Source: Methylorubrum extorquens
GTDB lineage: Bacteria > Pseudomonadota > Alphaproteobacteria > Rhizobiales > Beijerinckiaceae
Assembly: GCA_900234795.1 (NCBI GenBank)
Contig: LT962688.1
Span: forward strand, 3,270,001-3,302,000
Reading direction: 5' to 3'
Length of the DNA stretch: 32,000 nucleotides
The first letter of the stretch is position 1; every line of letters begins with the position of its first letter. The notes below the pieces were generated by a model that was given only the letters and a program-made list of their open reading frames with translations, did not search any database and was not told where the DNA came from. Position numbers and translations under genes: made by a program. Positions 10,435 through 17,368 of the stretch are shown in pieces.

Positions 10435-10896
10435 GGCGTGACTCCTTCGAAATGGGGCGCACCCGCGCGCCGATGGAACAACGGTCGGGCCAGCCGGCGG
10501 CTTTCGCGCGCGGTGCCCGATGAAGGTGAGACCGCTCCAAGCGGGGCGGGACTGAACGGGGGATGAACCGTGAGGCGGCCCGCAGACGTCCGGTCGGCGG
10601 ACGGTCTGATCGGGGAGCCGGAGAAAGTCACGGTCTTGAGAATCCGTAGGGCGGCCCCGCGCCGGGGGATCGGGGCCGGGCGCCGGCTCTCTAACATGGC
10701 GCCCGAGGCTGTCAAAGATCGGGGGCAAGCCTGTGAATTGTCTGGAATTTCGAATGCGCTTGGCTGAAACCTGTCCGCAGCGAGGGTTCGGAGTACCGCG
10801 AAAGTCCTTCCGCCGCCGGCCGTTTGCGTTCTGGCCGTCGCGGCGCGGGACGCGTTTCGTGGCCGACTCTGATGGGACGGCAACCGACGGGTAGAT

Positions 10897-11217
10897 ATGG
10901 CGCGAGCGGATACGAAGGCAGCGCAGGGCAGAAGGCAGGACGGCGTCGGGCTGGAAGAGGCGCTGCACCGGCTCGACACGGCGCTGGCGCTGCTCGAGAC
11001 GGCGGTGGCCCGCAAGCTCGAAGCCGAGCGCAGCCGCGGCGATCGGGAGACGGAGTTCGCCCTGCTGGAGGAGGACCGGGTTCGGCTCGCCGCCGAACTC
11101 GATGCGGCGGGCGCGCGGCTCGCCCGGATGAATTCCACCACCGGCGAGGTCAACCGCCGCCTCGATCGCGCCATCGAGACGGTGGAAGACGTGCTGTCCG
11201 GCCCGTCCGGGCGCTGA
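10897..11217 (+). CDS. DUF4164-family coiled-coil protein
   Basis: 106-aa coiled-coil ORF directly upstream of zapA, the usual position of DUF4164 in alphaproteobacteria. Recognised by context and composition. Confidence 0.7.
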   Translation: MARADTKAAQGRRQDGVGLEEALHRLDTALALLETAVARKLEAERSRGDRETEFALLEEDRVRLAAELDAAGARLARMNSTTGEVNRRLDRAIETVEDVLSGPSGR

Positions 11218-11240
11218 GTTCGAGTCAGGTTCAAACGCGG

Positions 11241-11612
11241 ATGCCGCACGTCAACGTTACCATCGCGGGCAAGAGCTACCGGATGGCCTGCGGCCCCGGC
11301 GAGGAAGACCATCTCGCGGCGTTGGCCAAGAGCTTCGACGACCGTGTCACCGAGATGCGCGGCACCTTCGGTGAGATCGGCGACATGCGCCTGCACGTCA
11401 TGGCCTCGCTGACCCTGGCCGATGAACTGCTCGAAGCGCGCCGCCGCATCGCCGACCTGGAGCAGCACGCGGCTCAGGGCGCGGCCGATCAGGCGCGGCT
11501 CGCGAGCGGTGTCGGCATCGCCGCCGAGCGGATCGACCGGCTGGCGCGGGCGCTGTCTGGCCAGCCGGGCGGCGCTCCCGGCGGCAAGGGCGAGGCCGAG
11601 CGCGGCGGCTGA
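11241..11612 (+). CDS. zapA: cell division protein ZapA
   Basis: [46 protein letters not shown] is the ZapA N-terminal domain plus a coiled coil. It is embedded in a longer artefactual track ORF (10824..11612). Confidence 0.85.
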   Translation: MPHVNVTIAGKSYRMACGPGEEDHLAALAKSFDDRVTEMRGTFGEIGDMRLHVMASLTLADELLEARRRIADLEQHAAQGAADQARLASGVGIAAERIDRLARALSGQPGGAPGGKGEAERGG

Positions 11613-11650
11613 CCCGTCCAACGTCGGCCGGATCGTCGCGCCGGCTTCGA

Positions 11651-11848
11651 ATTTCTGAGGCATGACGCGATCGCCCCCTGGCGCCGGGACGCGAGCGCGT
11701 CTATCTCTGGCGGGCGGGGCTGCAGAGTTCGTCAGGAGAACTTTCCCCGGGGCCTTATCGACTCCCCAAGGAGCTGTCACTGGCCTCGTCCGTGGACTTG
11801 GCCAACACGGCGCCCACCTACACTGTAGGTTTCCCGGGATCGACACTC
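11651..11848 (+). ncRNA. ssrS: probable 6S RNA (boundaries approximate, +/- 20 nt)
   Basis: A 247-nt non-coding gap between zapA and the 5-formyl-THF cyclo-ligase gene is the conserved proteobacterial ssrS location. The segment starts AUUUCUGAGG... like E. coli 6S and contains several stems, for example AGAGUUC-GUCAGGA-GAACUUU, GGGG..CCCC, and CCGGGA (11684-9) pairing with UCCCGG (11832-7). I could not fold it rigorously. Confidence 0.5.
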
Positions 11849-11859
11849 CAACGGCTCAA

Positions 11860-12450
11860 GTGGCTCCGCACTCTTCTCCCGAACGCTCCCTGAAGGCGAG
11901 CCTCCGCGCCGAGGCACTCAGCCGCCGCGACGCGCTCTCGCCCGAGGCCCGCAAGGCCGGCTCGCTGCGCGCCGCCGAGACCATCGCGGCCATTCCCGAG
12001 CTGGCCGAGGCGCCGCTGGTCGGCGCCTTCTGGCCGATCCGCTCCGAGATCGACCCGCGCCCGCTGATCGAGCGCCTGTTCGCCCGCGGCCAGCGGGTCG
12101 CGCTGCCGAAGGTCACCAAGCAAGGCCTCGTCTTCCGCGAATGGCGCGCGGGCGAGGAACTGGTGAGCGGCGGCTTCGGCCTCAGCGAGCCCCGCGACGA
12201 CCTTCCGCCGCTCGACCCCACCGCCCTGATCGTGCCGCTCGCCGCCTTCGACCGCGCGGGCCAGCGCATCGGCTACGGCGCGGGCTATTACGATCAGGCG
12301 ATCGAGCGGCTCTCGAAGAACGGGCCGGTGCTGACCGTCGGCATCGCCTTCTCCGTGCAGGAGATCGCGCGCGTCCCGGCCGAGCCGCATGACCGCCCGC
12401 TCGACCATCTCGTGACCGAGACCGGCCCCGTGCCGCTCCGGCAAAGCTAG
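11860..12450 (+). CDS. 5-formyltetrahydrofolate cyclo-ligase
   Basis: SLKASLRAEALSRRDAL..VGAFWPIRSEIDP..VALPKV..GLSEP..IVPLAAFDRAGQRIGYGAGYYD are family motifs. I chose GTG 11860 as the start, giving 196 aa, so that the ORF does not run across the putative 6S RNA. Confidence 0.85.
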   Translation: MAPHSSPERSLKASLRAEALSRRDALSPEARKAGSLRAAETIAAIPELAEAPLVGAFWPIRSEIDPRPLIERLFARGQRVALPKVTKQGLVFREWRAGEELVSGGFGLSEPRDDLPPLDPTALIVPLAAFDRAGQRIGYGAGYYDQAIERLSKNGPVLTVGIAFSVQEIARVPAEPHDRPLDHLVTETGPVPLRQS

Positions 12451-12466
12451 ACCTTTCATTTGACTC

Positions 12467-12512
12467 GCATCGGCTCTTTCGAGACGCCGGCGACCACCTT
12501 TCGGGCCGATGC
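12467..12512 (+). repeat. palindromic intergenic repeat, copy B
   Basis: GCATCGGCTCTTTCGAGACGCCGGCGACCACCTTTCGGGCCGATGC. It ends 3 nt before the ATG of the next gene. Confidence 0.8.
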
Positions 12513-12515
12513 TGC

Positions 12516-13337
12516 ATGCGCATCCTCTTCCTCGGCGACATTGTCGGACGGCCCGGCCGCCACGCCGTCACCGAACGTCTGCCGTCCTTACGCGAGCGCT
12601 GGCGTCTCGATTGCGTCGTCATCAACGGCGAGAACGCGGCCGGCGGTTTCGGCATCACCGAATCGATCTGCGACGAGATCCTTCAGGCCGGCGCCGACGC
12701 GGTGACCCTCGGCAACCACTCGTTCGACCAGCGCGAGGCGCTCGTCTTCATCGCCCGCCAGCCGCGTCTGATCCGCCCGGCGAACTACCCGCCGGGCACG
12801 CCGGGCCGCGGTGCCGCCGTGATCGAGACGCCCCGCGGAGCGCGCGTCCTCGTCGTCAACGTGATGGGCCGGATCTACCTCGACCCGCTCGACGACCCCT
12901 TCGCTGCGGCCGACCGGGAACTCGACGCCTGCCCGCTCGGCGCGGCGGCGGATGCGGTGATCGTCGACATGCACGCCGAGGCCACGAGCGAGAAGCAGGC
13001 CATGGGGCATTTCCTCGACGGCCGCGCCACCCTCGTCGTCGGCACCCACACCCATGCGCCGACCGCCGATCACCGCATCCTACCGGGCGGCACCGCCTAC
13101 CTGTCGGATGCGGGGATGTGCGGCGACTACGATTCCGTGCTCGGTATGCAGAAGGACGAGCCCGTGCGCCGCTTCCTTCAGAAGACGCCGGGCTCACGGC
13201 TCGAGGCAGCGACCGGCGAGGGCACCTTGTGCGGCATCGCGGTCGAGACCGACGACGCGACGGGGCTGGCCCGGCGGGTCTGGGCCGTGCGCCTCGGACC
13301 GCATCTGGAAGAGACCTGGCCGCGCGAGTGGGATTGA
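12516..13337 (+). CDS. YmdB-like (TIGR00282) metallophosphoesterase
   Basis: MRILFLGDIVGRPGR..VINGENAAGGFGIT..TLGNH..VDMHAEATSEK..GTHTHAPTAD are hallmarks of the YmdB 2',3'-cyclic-nucleotide phosphodiesterase family. Confidence 0.9.
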   Translation: MRILFLGDIVGRPGRHAVTERLPSLRERWRLDCVVINGENAAGGFGITESICDEILQAGADAVTLGNHSFDQREALVFIARQPRLIRPANYPPGTPGRGAAVIETPRGARVLVVNVMGRIYLDPLDDPFAAADRELDACPLGAAADAVIVDMHAEATSEKQAMGHFLDGRATLVVGTHTHAPTADHRILPGGTAYLSDAGMCGDYDSVLGMQKDEPVRRFLQKTPGSRLEAATGEGTLCGIAVETDDATGLARRVWAVRLGPHLEETWPREWD

Positions 13338-13489
13338 GGCCGCTCGCGTCGCGGCCCCGGGCCAGCCACGCTCGAATGCTCGTTGAACGATACGGCACCG
13401 CGACTTGATCGCGGCAGGCCGAGCCGCCACAGTGCCGCCGGTTTCGACACAGCGGTGCCGCCGGTCCCGGCGTCAGGCCCAACACGAGT

Positions 13490-14495
13490 ATGGACCCGAT
13501 GGCGGCCCGTTCCGCGTCCCTCGACACGCCTCCCCTCGCCAAGCCCGGCATGACGCTGGTGCGGATGCTGGTGTTCCTGGCGCTCGCGGGCTTCCTCGCC
13601 TTCGTCCTCTACAAGCAGATCACCCCGGCCTTCCTCGCCAATCCAGGCCTGAACGGGCTGATCCTCGGCGTGCTGCTGATCGCGGTGCTGCTCGCCTTCG
13701 GGCAGGTAACGCGGCTGTTTCGCGAGGTGCGCTACGTCAACGCGGTCGCCGCGGGGCAGACCCCGAAGGACCGGCCGGCCCTGCTCGCCCCGCTGCTGCC
13801 CGCCATCGCAGCCCGGCGCGATGGGATGACGCTGTCGAGCACCCGCGCGCATCTCGACACCACCGCCGTGCGGCTCGACGAGGGCCGCGAGATCCTGCGC
13901 TACATCGCCGGCATCCTGATCCTGCTCGGCCTGCTCGGCACGTTCTGGGGCCTGATCGAGACGCTCTCGGCGGTGGGCTCGGTGATCGGCGGCATGCGCG
14001 GCGGCGGCGATGCGGCGGTGATGTTCGATGAACTCAAGAGCGGGCTCGCGGTGCCGCTCTCGGGCATCGGCCTCGCCTTCTCCGCCTCGCTGTTCGGCCT
14101 CGCCTCCTCTTTGATCGTCGGCTTCCTCGACCTTCAGACGGGTCAGGCCCATTCGCGTTTCCACAACGAGCTGGAGGATTGGCTCGTCTCCGGCGAGGAG
14201 CAGGCGCTCGCCACGACCACCGTCGCGGCGCGCCCGGCGCCGGAGCACGACCCCGCCATCGCCCGCGAGTTGCAGGCCGCGGTAGACCGCCTGAGCGGCG
14301 TCATCGCCGAGGGCGCCGGGGGGCCGGGGCGCAACCCAGGCCATGACCAACCTCGCCGAGGGCATCCAAGGGCTCGTGCAGCACATGCGCGCCGAGCAGC
14401 AGATGATCCGCGACTGGGTCGAGGCCCAGGCCGCCCGGGAGCGGGAGCTGAAGCAGGTGCTCGAACGGCTCGCGCGCGAGAAGGTCGGCTCCTAA
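13490..14495 (+). pseudogene. MotA/TolQ/ExbB-family proton-channel protein, reading frame interrupted (needs removal of 1 nt, most simply one G of the G6 run at 14318-14323); genuine frameshift or sequence error
   Basis: The N-terminal 275 aa, in the frame of 13490, include LLGLLGTFWGLIETL (the MotA/ExbB signature). The C-terminal part ATQAMTNLAEGIQGLVQHMRAEQQMIRDWVEAQAARERELKQVLERLAREKVGS* is in the next frame and ends at TAA 14493-14495. The span is 1006 nt, which is 335 codons plus 1 nt. Confidence 0.7.
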
Positions 14496-15511
14496 ATGGC
14501 CTCTGCCCGTGCCCGCTCGCAGCGCAGCCTGAACGTCTGGCCGGGCTATGTCGACGCGCTTGCGACACTCCTGCTGGCCGTCGTCTTCCTGCTCACCGTC
14601 TTCGTGGTGGGGCAGTTCTTCCTCTCTCGCAGGAGTTGACCGGGCGCGACGCGGTCCTGACCCGCCTCAACCGCCAGATCGCCGACCTCACCGACCTGCT
14701 GGCGCTGGAGCGCTCCAGCCGCCGCGCCCAGGAAGAGGCGGCCTCCGGCCTGCGCAACACCCTGACGGCCACGGAAGCCGAGCGCGACCGGCTCCGGGCG
14801 CTCACCGATGCCAGCGAGGCGGCCCAGGGCAAGAGCGCCGACGTCGATGCCCAGCTCGCGGCCGAGCGCGGCGCGACGCAGCGGGCCCAGAATCAGGTCG
14901 AGCTTCTGAACGAGCAGATCCGCGCCCTGCGCCGACAACTCGCGGCGCTCGAAGACGCGCTGGCGGCCTCCGAATCCCGCGACCGGGAAAGCCAAGCCCG
15001 CATCGCCGAACTCGGCAGCCGCCTCAACGTGGCGCTCGCCCAGCGGGTGCAGGAACTCGCCCGCTACCGCTCCGACTTCTTCGGGCGGCTGCGTCAGGTC
15101 ATCGGCAGCCGCACCGATGTCCGCATCGTCGGCGACCGTTTCGTGCTGCAATCCGAGGTTCTGTTCGCCGCCGGCTCCGCCGCGCTGAAGCCCGAGGCCG
15201 GGCCGGAACTGGACCGGATCGCCGGGGCGATCCTCGATATCGCGCGGGAGATCCCCGCCGACATCCCCTGGGTGCTGCGGGTGGACGGTCACACCGATGC
15301 GCGCCCGATCCAGTCGGCGCAATTCCCGTCGAACTGGGCGCTGTCGGCGTCGCGTGCCATCGCGGTAGTGCAGTATCTGCGGAGCAAGGGCCTGCCGCCG
15401 CAGCGGCTCCTGGCCGGCGCCTTCGGCGAGTTCCAGCCGCTCGATTCGGGGACGAGCGAGGAGGCCTATTCCCGAAATCGCCGGATCGAGATGAAGCTGA
15501 CGGAGCGGTGA
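14496..15511 (+). pseudogene. OmpA/MotB-family peptidoglycan-binding protein with long coiled coil, reading frame interrupted in the CT repeat at 14621-14628; genuine frameshift or sequence error
   Basis: ATG 14496 follows the upstream stop as TAAATG. It encodes MASARARSQRSLNVWPGYVDALATLLLAVVFLLTVFVVGQFFLS (a MotB-type TM helix with Asp) and then stops at 14637-14639. The continuation QELTGRDAVLTRLNRQIADL...(coiled coil)...GHTD..SNWALSASRA..NRRIE (OmpA domain) is in another frame. The span is 1016 nt, which is 338 codons plus 2 nt. Confidence 0.7.
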
Positions 15512-15563
15512 GCCGCGCGCCACGGCGGCTTGCGGAAATCACCATACGGCCTAATCTTCGGCC

Positions 15564-15803
15564 ATGACGGTCGAGGCACTCTACATCCTGCGCCGACAGG
15601 CACCGCGATCCGCTTTCAAGGATCTCGACCGTATCGTGCTGACGGCCGACGTGACGACTGATGACGGCGACACGGTCGCCGCCGGCACCGAGGGAACGAT
15701 CGTCGGCGTGTGGCGCGACGGCGCGGCCTACGAGGTGGAATTCACGACACCTGTCGCCGGGCTGGCAACGGTACTGCCGAGCGCCCTGGCCCCGAAGCCT
15801 TGA
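15564..15803 (+). CDS. DUF4926 domain protein
   Basis: 79-aa ORF. The pattern LDRIVLTADV..GDTVAAGTEGTIVGVWRDGAAYEVEF matches my recollection of DUF4926. Confidence 0.75.
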   Translation: MTVEALYILRRQAPRSAFKDLDRIVLTADVTTDDGDTVAAGTEGTIVGVWRDGAAYEVEFTTPVAGLATVLPSALAPKP

Positions 15804-16150
15804 GCAGGTCGACACGATCGCCGACAGCCTTTGCCATCAGTTCAGAGAAGATCAGCGGCTATCTCTTGAACCCAGCGCATCCCGACGGTGGATCGAAGGC
15901 GCGCTTTTTGTCGATGTTCGGCTTCTCCGGCGATGCGCCCGAGATTCTGGCGCAAGCACTCCTCGCCCACGCCAAGCCGGAGCACTTGGCGAAAGAGGGA
16001 CTGACGCCCCTCGGGGACGTCAAGCTCATCTACGAGGGCTCGCTTCAGGCGCCCAATGGCCGCTCGCCCTTCGTGCGGACGGTTTGGCGCCTTCTGCCCG
16101 ACGACACGGCTCATTTCGTGACGGCAGTGCCCTTGAAGGAGCGTCGCTAG
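15800..16150 (+). CDS. DUF6883 domain protein (start codon uncertain; TTG 15800 proposed)
   Basis: KISGYLLNPAHPDGGSKARFLSMFGF...GRSPFVRTVWRL...FVTAVP matches the DUF6883 pattern (KL..Y.LN..HP.GG.KA.FF...GF ... TVW ... TA.P). No ATG exists between the upstream stop and the domain. TTG at 15800 overlaps the DUF4926 stop as TTGA. The track's GTG 15710 start would overlap DUF4926 by 94 nt. Confidence 0.65.
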   Translation: MSRSTRSPTAFAISSEKISGYLLNPAHPDGGSKARFLSMFGFSGDAPEILAQALLAHAKPEHLAKEGLTPLGDVKLIYEGSLQAPNGRSPFVRTVWRLLPDDTAHFVTAVPLKERR

Positions 16151-16165
16151 GCGCCTGTTTTTGCG

Positions 16166-16207
16166 GCGTCTTTACCGAAAGCCGGTGATTACCCTTCGGG
16201 GCGATGC
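16166..16207 (+). repeat. palindromic intergenic repeat, copy E (more diverged)
   Basis: GCGTCTTTACCGAAAGCCGGTGATTACCCTTCGGGGCGATGC, sitting between two convergent stop codons (16150 and 16209). Confidence 0.65.
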
Positions 16208-16208
16208 C

Positions 16209-17216
16209 CTAAAACTCGCTCCGATAGGCGAACAGCCCCGGCACGCCGCCGGTCATCACGAACAGCACCGCCGCGCCGCGCTCGTACAGGCCGGCGCGCA
16301 CGTCGTGGAGCAGCCCGGCGAACGCCTTGCCGCTGTAGACGGGGTCGAGCAGCAGTCCTTCCGTGCGGGCCATCAGCCGCACCGCCTCGCGCATGCCCTC
16401 GGTCGGGATGCCGTAGCCCGGCCCGCGATGGGAGCCGTCCACGAGGATGGCGTCGTCGGAGAGCGTCTGACTGGCATCGATCAGCGCGAGGGTGTCGCGG
16501 GCCCTGGCCAGCGTTGCGGCCGTCGCCTCGGGCTCGGGGGCGAGCACCGTGTAGGATTGGGCCAGATGCGGGTCGCGGCCGGCGGCGGCGAGACCGGCGG
16601 CGAGCCCCGCATGGGTGCCGGAGCTGCCGTTCGGCACGACGATGCGGGCGAAGGCGAGGCCGAGATTGGCCGCCTGCTCCAGGATCTCGGCGGCGCACGC
16701 CGCGTAGCCGAGACAGCCGAGCGGGCTCGACCCGCCGGAGGGGAAGACGTGGACGCGCCGCCCCTCCGCCCTCAACTCCTCCGCCCGCGCCTCGGCCTGC
16801 GCCAGCGAAGCCGCCTCGCCCGGCAGCAGGTGCACATGGGCGCCGAACAGATCCTGCAACAGCCGGTTGCCGTTGGCTGTGTAGTCGGCGTCCTCCCGCG
16901 GGACGCTGCGGGTGAGGAACAGTTCGCAGGCGAGCCCCATCCGCGCGGCGGAGGCGGCGGTGAGCCGGGCGTGGTTCGATTGCAGCGCACCGACGGTGAT
17001 CACCGTGTCGGCCCGCTCCGCCAGCGCCTGACCGAGCAGGAATTCGAGCTTGCGCAGCTTGTTGCCGCCCAAACCCACCGGGCCGATGTCGTCGCGCTTC
17101 ACGAACAGGCGGACGCCGTTCAGCTCGGGCCCGAGATGGGTCGAGAGACGGTCGAGGGAGCGGATCGGCGTCGGCCCGTCGGTGAGCGCGACACGGGGGA
17201 AGCGGGTGAGAACCAT
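16209..17216 (-). CDS. D-cysteine desulfhydrase / ACC deaminase family PLP enzyme
   Basis: 335-aa ORF with RDDIGPVGLGGNKLRKLEFLL (PLP-lysine motif), GALQSNHAR and DPVYSGKAF. Confidence 0.88.
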   Translation of the reverse strand: MVLTRFPRVALTDGPTPIRSLDRLSTHLGPELNGVRLFVKRDDIGPVGLGGNKLRKLEFLLGQALAERADTVITVGALQSNHARLTAASAARMGLACELFLTRSVPREDADYTANGNRLLQDLFGAHVHLLPGEAASLAQAEARAEELRAEGRRVHVFPSGGSSPLGCLGYAACAAEILEQAANLGLAFARIVVPNGSSGTHAGLAAGLAAAGRDPHLAQSYTVLAPEPEATAATLARARDTLALIDASQTLSDDAILVDGSHRGPGYGIPTEGMREAVRLMARTEGLLLDPVYSGKAFAGLLHDVRAGLYERGAAVLFVMTGGVPGLFAYRSEF

Positions 17217-17321
17217 CGATCGCCTTCGTGAGCGTTAGTGTCACTCACGAAACTCCCGCTGCGCCGTCGTGCCCAGAACGGAGACGATCGGTGATCGGGA
17301 GTTTTGTGAGGCACTCTTAAA

Positions 17322-17367
17322 GCATCCCCCTGATCCGAGAGCCGGAAACCGCCTTTCGGGAGGATGC
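17322..17367 (+). repeat. palindromic intergenic repeat, copy C
   Basis: GCATCCCCCTGATCCGAGAGCCGGAAACCGCCTTTCGGGAGGATGC, immediately adjacent to the stop of the ABC exporter gene. Confidence 0.8.
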
Positions 17368-17368
17368 T

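Noticed and set aside
9427-10968. 513-aa ORF extending gap upstream, and the 934-aa version of clpB (27810..30614)
   Set aside because: Both N-terminal extensions are low-complexity and lack homology-like sequence. The conserved N-termini ([23 protein letters not shown]) begin at internal starts with good ribosome-binding sites.
13490-15511. 673-aa single ORF that could be annotated as a MotA-OmpA fusion protein
   Set aside because: About 100 residues in the middle are Arg/Pro/Gly nonsense. The neighbouring frame encodes a proper MotA C-terminus, a TAAATG junction and a MotB-type TM helix. The long ORF survives only because GC-rich out-of-frame sequence lacks stop codons. I treat it as two genes with frame disruptions.
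13490-15511. Possibility that the MotA/MotB-like pair is a Zorya-type anti-phage system
   Set aside because: No ZorC/ZorD-like or other large partner genes are adjacent. The long coiled coil is on the B subunit, not on the A subunit tail. The context is housekeeping (zapA, 6S, ymdB-like). Nothing in the sequence supports a defence island.
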